From: Candidatus Latescibacterota bacterium
GTDB lineage: Bacteria > Krumholzibacteriota > Krumholzibacteriia > WVZY01
Direction of reading: 5' to 3'
DNA length: 64,000 nucleotides
Assembly (NCBI GenBank): GCA_011772205.1
Contig: WVZY01000076.1
Span: forward strand, 5,092-69,091
A program made the translations under genes and the position numbers. Below, piece after piece: positions 58,692 through 64,000 of the stretch. Numbering within the stretch: the first letter of the stretch is position 1; every line of letters starts with the position of its first letter. The notes below the pieces were generated by a model. That model had not been told where the DNA came from, did not search any database, and saw nothing but the letters and a program-made list of their open reading frames with translations.

Positions 58692-61145
58692 ATGGCTTCC
58701 AACCCAAAAGATGACGAGATTCGCGTTGGTGTGTTCGTCTGCGATTGCGGGCTCAACATCGCCGGAGCCGTGGACTGCGGCGCGGTGGCCGAGTACGCTG
58801 AGACGCTGCCCGATGTGGCATGCGTCGTTCGGAACAAGTACACCTGCGCAGATCCAGGCCAGAACGAGATCAAAGATGCGATCCGCCAGCACCGTTTGAA
58901 CCGCGTGGTGGTTGCCTCCTGTACTCCAAGGCAGCACGAACCCACGTTCCGACAGTGCGTGCGGGAAGCCGGCATGAATCCGTACCTCATGGAAATGGCG
59001 AACCTGCGCGAGCACTGCTCGTGGGTGCATCCCGGAGAATGGGAGGCCGCGACGGGAAAGGCAAAGGATTTGGTGGCTAGCGCTGTGGCACGGGCTCGAC
59101 TGCTGCAGCCTCAGGAGGAACTTTCCGTTCCTGTTACTAAGCGCGCGCTGGTGATCGGTGGCGGCGTGGCAGGGATCGAAGCTGCGCTCGAGCTCGGCGA
59201 TGCGGGACACCAGGTCGTCCTCGTTGAAAAACAACCGTCCATCGGTGGGATCATGGCGCAGCTGGACAAAACGTATCCCACGATGGACTGCTCGATATGA
59301 ATTCTCGGCCCCAAGGCCATCGATGCCGGTCGGCATCCCAACATCGAGCTTCTCACCTTCAGCGAGGTCGAAGAGGTCTCCGGATACATCGGAAACTTCA
59401 CGGTGAAGATCCGGAAAAAAGCCCGTTACGTAGACCCGGGTCTATGCAACGCGTGCGAGGAGTGCGCCAAAGTTTGTCCGGTAGTCAAACCTGACGAGTT
59501 CCAAATGGGGCTGTCCTCGCGCAAAGCGATTTACATCCCCTTCCCACAAGCCGTTCCCTGTTCCTATATCCTTAATATGGATGATTGTTTAGGCAACAAT
59601 CCGATTGCCTGCGGAAAATGTGCCGATGTCTGCGAGAAGAAGGCGATCGATTACGACGACCAGGACGAAATCATCGAGCGCGAAGTCGGAGCGATCATCG
59701 TGGCCATCGGCATGGACGTCTATGATCCCACCGAGATGGATGAATACGGGTACACCCGTTTCGAGAATGTTATCACCTCGATGGAGTTCGAGCGGCTGAT
59801 CTGCGCGGGAGGACCAACGGCTGGGCACTTCGTGCGGCCCAGTGATCACGAGCGGCCCAAGCGCATCGGATTCATACAATGTGTCGGCTCGAGAAACCCA
59901 AAGATCGGCAGGCCTTACTGCTCGAACATCTGTTGCATGAATACGGTGAAGGATACTCTCCTCCTGGCCGATCATTACCCGGATACGGATAATTACGTCT
60001 TCTACCAGGATATTCGTGCATTCGGAAAATCGTTCGAAGACATGTTCCAGCGATCCAAAGAGGCAGGGACAAAATTCATTCGGGGACTTCCAGGAGATAT
60101 CGAGGAGGATCCCGAAACGCGCAAGCTCACCATCACCGTTGAAAACACAACCAGCGGGAGACTGGAACGGCACGAGCTCGATATGGTAGTGCTCTCGGTT
60201 GGCGTCGTACCACCCAAAGATCGTGACAAGGTTTCCGGATTGCTCACTCTGTCCAAGACCTCCGATGGATTTTTCATGGAGTCGCATCCGAAGCTCAAAC
60301 CGGTGGACGCGCCGACGCGGGGCGTCTTTTTCGCCGGTTTCTGCGAGGCCCCCAAGGATATCAAGGATTCCGTCTGTCAAGCCGGAGCAACTGCCTCCCG
60401 CGCCGGTGCACTGTTGAATGCCGGCGAGATATCTGTTGAGGCGATCACCAGCAGGATCGACGAGGAAGCCTGCACGCAGTGCGGGCTGTGCGCCGCGGTG
60501 TGCCCCTACGGAGCGATCATTTGGAGGAAGGGGGAGCCGGCCGTCGTCGTGGAAGCTGCCTGTGCCGGTTGCGGAGCGTGTGGCGCCACATGTCAATTTG
60601 GAGCGATTACCATGCGTCACTTTACGGACGAGCAGCTAATCGCTCAAGTCCGCGCCGTGCTTGCGGAGAACCCGCAGGATAAGGTGTTCGTCTTTGCGTG
60701 CAATTGGTGCTCGTATGCGGGCGGCGACATGGCCGGGATATCCCGAATGCAATACCCCACTACCAACCGCGTTATCAGAACGATGTGCTCCGCGCGAGTG
60801 TCGGAGGAGATGGTTCTCGAAGCGTTCCGTTGCGGTGCACCGGCCGTTCTGGTATCAGGATGCCATTATGCGGACTGCCACTACATCAACGCCAACAGAC
60901 AGACGGTCAAGCGCATGCAGCGTCTGTGGAATAAGCTCGACAAGGCCGGTGTGCGGCCCGAGCGGCTGCAGCTTGAGTGGATCAGTGCTGCAGAGGGGCA
61001 GAAATTCGCCAAAGTGATGCGCCAGATGGAGGAGATTCGAGAAACTGTCACGATGGAGGAGATCGAACACACGAAGCAAGCGCTCAAGCCGAAGCCCAAG
61101 AAGAAGGCTCCAAAGAGCAAGGAAGCGGCAGCTGCGGCAAGCTAA
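58692..61145 (+). CDS. hdrA: HdrA-MvhD fusion flavoprotein; selenoprotein with in-frame TGA (Sec) at 59298..59300
   Basis: HdrA N-terminal Cys cluster ([10 protein letters not shown]...ASCTPR), [13 protein letters not shown] motif, ...[31 protein letters not shown]..., ferredoxin motifs, then a C-terminal MvhD domain ([12 protein letters not shown]...CSAR...GCHYADCHY) and a Lys-rich tail [13 protein letters not shown]. Confidence 0.8.
59322..59337 (+). ncRNA. SECIS-like hairpin (GATGCC-GGTC-GGCATC) 21 nt downstream of the second hdrA UGA
   Basis: Same stem-loop as at 53873-53890. The surrounding ~55 nt are nearly identical between the two paralogs at the nucleotide level. Confidence 0.5.
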
Positions 61146-61168
61146 ATAGAAAATGACCGGAGGGTCAT

Positions 61169-61324
61169 ATGGCAGAAGTAACGACAGAAACGTTTCGATG
61201 CATGATGTGCGGCCATGAATATCAGGAAAAAGTGGAAAAAGGGGAGGACAAGGAGCGCTCCTGTCCAAAGTGTCGCTCGAACAGCATCTGGCATCTCAAG
61301 AAAAAACGACCGGCGAAGGAGTAA
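61169..61324 (+). CDS. Small (51 aa) zinc-ribbon protein (CxxC-N18-CxxC)
   Basis: GGAGGG RBS 5 nt upstream of the ATG. FRCMMCGHEY...SCPKCRS. Lies between hdrA/mvhD and hdrC. Confidence 0.45.
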   Translation: MAEVTTETFRCMMCGHEYQEKVEKGEDKERSCPKCRSNSIWHLKKKRPAKE

Positions 61325-61329
61325 TTGAA

Positions 61330-61857
61330 ATGCCCCAGAAGCCGAAAGATTCGCCGAGTGGCAAAAACAAAGTCGCACGCATCGATTTTCGATTTCGCCG
61401 TGAGCTTGCGGAAAAGATCGAAGGCGACCTGGCAAGCTTTTGTTATCAGTGTGGTGCCTGCGTTGGAGACTGCCCGGCGACGACTTACGGAAGTGATTTC
61501 AATCCCCGGGACATCATGCTCAAAGTGCTTTACGGCCTGGGAGATGAGCTCCTGGGTGAGAATTCGATCCTTTGGGAATGCACCAATTGTTACAACTGCC
61601 ACGAGCGCTGCCCGCAGGATGTCAAGCCCGTTGAAGTGATTATTTCGCTCAAGAACATGTTGGCAGATCTCGGCATTTACCCGCCGGCGGTCGAAAAAGT
61701 CATCCAAACATTCGAAAAAACCGGCCGAACCGTTCCCTTGAGCGATGCGGTTAACCGCCAGCGAGAAAAATTCGGTTTGCCACCCTTGCCGGAGGTGCCG
61801 ATGGAAGAGATTCAAAAGCTCATCGAACCGGATTCGGAAGAAGGAGAAAAGGATTGA
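61330..61857 (+). CDS. hdrC: Heterodisulfide reductase subunit C-like protein (HdrC)
   Basis: CYQCGACVGDCP and CTNCYNCHERCP motifs with the HdrC helical C-terminus. Confidence 0.8.
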   Translation: MPQKPKDSPSGKNKVARIDFRFRRELAEKIEGDLASFCYQCGACVGDCPATTYGSDFNPRDIMLKVLYGLGDELLGENSILWECTNCYNCHERCPQDVKPVEVIISLKNMLADLGIYPPAVEKVIQTFEKTGRTVPLSDAVNRQREKFGLPPLPEVPMEEIQKLIEPDSEEGEKD

Positions 61858-62741
61858 AACGCTTTGCGTTTTTCCCCGGCTGCTTGATTCCCGCGCGCCA
61901 TCCCGCCATGGAGTTCGCCATCAGGGAAGCCCTTCCCAGGCTCGGAATAGAGATCGTGGATCTCGATAATGCATCGTGCTGTCCGGATCCGATCTATTTC
62001 AAATCGAAAGACAAGCTTTCATGGCTTGCTGTGGCAGCGCGCAACCTTTGCCTCGCCGAAGATCTAGGCCTGGACATCTTTACCAACTGTTCCGGTTGCA
62101 CGGCCACCCTTTCGGAAACGTACCATCTCCTGCAAAACGAGGTGCTCAGAGAAAAGGTGAACAAACGCTTGAAAAGAATCGGACGGGAGTACAAGGGGAC
62201 TTCCAGGGTAAGGCACATCGTAACCCTGTTGAGAGATTTCGCCGGATACGAGGCGATCAAGGATTCTGTCGAACGTCCGTTGGAAGGCCTCAAAATGGCG
62301 ATCCACTACGGCTGCCATCTCCTGAAACCCAGCCGGATCATGCAGGTCGATGATCCAAACGATCCGAGCGTGATGGAGAATCTTGTCACAGCTCTCGGTG
62401 CAACACCGGTGAGGCACCGCAACTGGTACCTTTGCTGCGGTAAAGCTTGCCAATCGGACGAAGTCCCCTCGAACATGATGCACGATTTGTTGGGTACAGT
62501 GAATGATGAGCATGCGGACATTCTGTGCATGATTTGCCCTACCTGTTTTGGCCAGTTCGATTTCGGACAGATGAAAGTGTCCAAGCAGTTTGGGGAGGAT
62601 TTCCACACGCCGCCCGTCTATTATTTCCAGCTCCTCGCTTTTGCCCAAGGCGTGCCTTATGACAAGCTTGGACTGGAGAGACAGCGGTTCAAACCGGATT
62701 GCCTCCGCCGTTTCGAAACCACCACGATCCCTGAAGGGTAA
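61854..62741 (+). CDS. hdrB: Heterodisulfide reductase subunit B-like protein (HdrB, two CCG domains)
   Basis: CCG motifs (CCPDP...CSGC; HYGCHLLKP...CCG). TTG start overlapping the hdrC stop. Confidence 0.8.
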   Translation: MKRFAFFPGCLIPARHPAMEFAIREALPRLGIEIVDLDNASCCPDPIYFKSKDKLSWLAVAARNLCLAEDLGLDIFTNCSGCTATLSETYHLLQNEVLREKVNKRLKRIGREYKGTSRVRHIVTLLRDFAGYEAIKDSVERPLEGLKMAIHYGCHLLKPSRIMQVDDPNDPSVMENLVTALGATPVRHRNWYLCCGKACQSDEVPSNMMHDLLGTVNDEHADILCMICPTCFGQFDFGQMKVSKQFGEDFHTPPVYYFQLLAFAQGVPYDKLGLERQRFKPDCLRRFETTTIPEG

Positions 62742-63099
62742 TTTTCTTAGAAAATTGGAGTACGCGCATGACGCGTTCCCGGCGACGTGTTTTTCGAGGC
62801 GCGGAGCCGACGCATATTGGGGCTCGGCATAGCCGCTATCGCGATCCGCACAACCCGGCTGCCAAATACCCGCGAGCTTCGTAATTGCTTGGATTTTAGA
62901 TGATTTTCGAGTAAATTGGGATTGACCCCGCGCAGTATAAGTGTCAATGTAATAATGTGTGGAGATGGGGGACGCTGGGATAGGATATCTGCAGACACCC
63001 CAATAAGTTGTAAGGATGCAAATTGTCCGGTGCATGCCCGCCGGGCGGATACCCCAAAGTACTGCCATCAGCTGAATCTCAATTCGGATTCCGTCTAGA

Positions 63100-63121
63100 G
63101 GCAAGAGGAGTTACCACTCCT
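63100..63121 (+). promoter_or_regulatory. Hairpin AGAGGAG-N6-CTCCTCT in the ~400-nt intergenic region upstream of the second kor set
   Basis: 7-bp inverted repeat. Role unknown (attenuator, terminator or protein site). Confidence 0.2.
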
Positions 63122-63175
63122 CTGCTTGTTTAGTAGATGGAAAACAAATTGAGCCGGTTCATGAGGAGGCCGGTG

Positions 63176-63391
63176 ATGCCGAAGAAAAATCCTGTGATAG
63201 AAATAAAAATGGAATGGTGCAAAGGGTGCGCGTTTTGTGTTGAATTCTGCCCCAAGGAAGTGCTGCAAATGAAGGGCATATATCCGGTAGTTGCAAAAAT
63301 AGAAGACTGCACGGCCTGTGGCTTGTGCGAAGTTTTGTGTCCTGATTTCGCTATCGAGGTAATTGCGGAGGACGAGGCGGTGAAGAAATAG
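63176..63391 (+). CDS. 2-oxoacid:ferredoxin oxidoreductase delta subunit paralog (2x[4Fe-4S])
   Basis: GAGGAGG RBS 6 nt upstream. CKGCAFCVEFCP and CTACGLCEVLCP. Confidence 0.75.
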   Translation: MPKKNPVIEIKMEWCKGCAFCVEFCPKEVLQMKGIYPVVAKIEDCTACGLCEVLCPDFAIEVIAEDEAVKK

Positions 63392-63420
63392 AAGACGTGA
63401 TGTGTGTGAAAGGAATTTTC

Positions 63421-64000
63421 AATGCAGTCGAATCAGAAGGATAAAGTGCAGGTTATCACTGGCAATGAAGCGTGCGCCGAAGGAGCGTTAGCGGCCGGTC
63501 TGAAATTTTTTGCCGGCTATCCAATCACACCCTCTTCCGAAATTGCGGAGATCTTATCGTTGCGGCTTCCCAGGGTGGATGGGCGGTTCATTCAGATGGA
63601 AGATGAAATAGCCGCTATGGGAGCTATTATCGGCGCATCGCTGGCAGGGGCGAAAGCCATGACCGCAACCAGCGGTCCCGGCTTTTCGCTGAAGCAAGAA
63701 AATATCGGCTACGCGGCCATGGCGGAAGTCCCCTGTGTGGTGGTCAATGTTCAAAGGGGAGGACCTAGCACTGGCCTGCCAACCCTACCTGCCCAAGGGG
63801 ATGTCATGCAGTCCCGCTGGGGCACGCACGGTGATCATCCTATTATTGCGCTCGCGCCGCACAGCGTAAGAGAAACGTTCGAGCTGACAATCCGCGCGTT
63901 CAACCTTTCCGAAATGTATCGCACACCTGTGATTTTGCTAATGGACGAGGTTATAGGGCATGTGAATGAAAAGGTGATCTTACCCGGACCGGATGAGTAT
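63421..64000 (+). CDS. 2-oxoacid:ferredoxin oxidoreductase alpha subunit paralog; truncated by the window end
   Basis: MQSNQKDKVQVITGNEACAEGALAAGLKFFAGYPITPSSEIAE...FIQMEDEIAAMGA...SGPGFSL...QRGGPSTGLPT. No stop before the window end. Confidence 0.8.

Noticed and set aside
62742-63136. 400-nt gap between hdrB and the second korD as a coding region (ORFs 62747-62998 minus, 62916-63098 plus).
   Set aside because: The candidate ORFs have no RBS and biased composition. The region is more likely a promoter or regulatory spacer. It contains the AGAGGAG...CTCCTCT hairpin.
1-64000. CRISPR arrays, rRNA/tRNA genes, IS elements/transposases, integrases.
   Set aside because: No regularly spaced direct repeats with unique spacers, no tRNA-like cloverleaf motifs (GGTTCGA T-loop contexts) in intergenic regions, and no transposase or integrase-like ORFs were found.

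Overview
The window is a 64 kb, GC-rich (about 57%) chromosomal segment that reads as bacterial. It has Shine-Dalgarno-type ribosome-binding sites (RBS), many ATGA/GTGA start-stop overlaps, bacterial UvrC and IspG, and a type IX secretion system (T9SS) C-terminal sorting domain on a secreted M1 peptidase. That last feature points to an FCB-superphylum or candidate-phylum anaerobe. It nevertheless carries archaeal-type genes: gatD/gatE, wtpABC-like tungstate transport, and a delta-first korDABC gene order. Gene content in order: a PEP-carboxykinase-like gene (partial, minus strand); a flotillin; an aspartate aminotransferase fused to a P-loop kinase-fold domain; a secreted C1 peptidase interrupted by one in-frame TGA; a CBM-like small protein; a thioredoxin(CPHC)/outer-membrane barrel fusion; a four-gene corrinoid operon (B12-binding protein, homocysteine-binding methyltransferase, MetH-type reactivation domain, MttB-family methyltransferase); a radical-SAM/SPASM maturase pair; an M1 peptidase with T9SS CTD; a FecR-like protein / Ser-Thr kinase / TPR-CHAT signalling neighbourhood; gatD-gatE; a large molybdenum/tungsten cofactor cluster with several domain fusions plus a tungstate ABC transporter and fdhD; cysK-like; glutaminyl cyclase; ispG; uvrC; and a MarR-like regulator followed by korDABC, a heterodisulfide-reductase-like cluster with two selenocysteine (TGA) HdrA paralogs, and a second korDA'. 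No rRNA, tRNA, CRISPR array or transposase was recognised. The more notable points are the MttB-to-homocysteine operon, the Kor-Hdr(Sec)-Kor cluster with SECIS-like hairpins, the archaeal GatDE in a bacterial context, and several unusual fusions.
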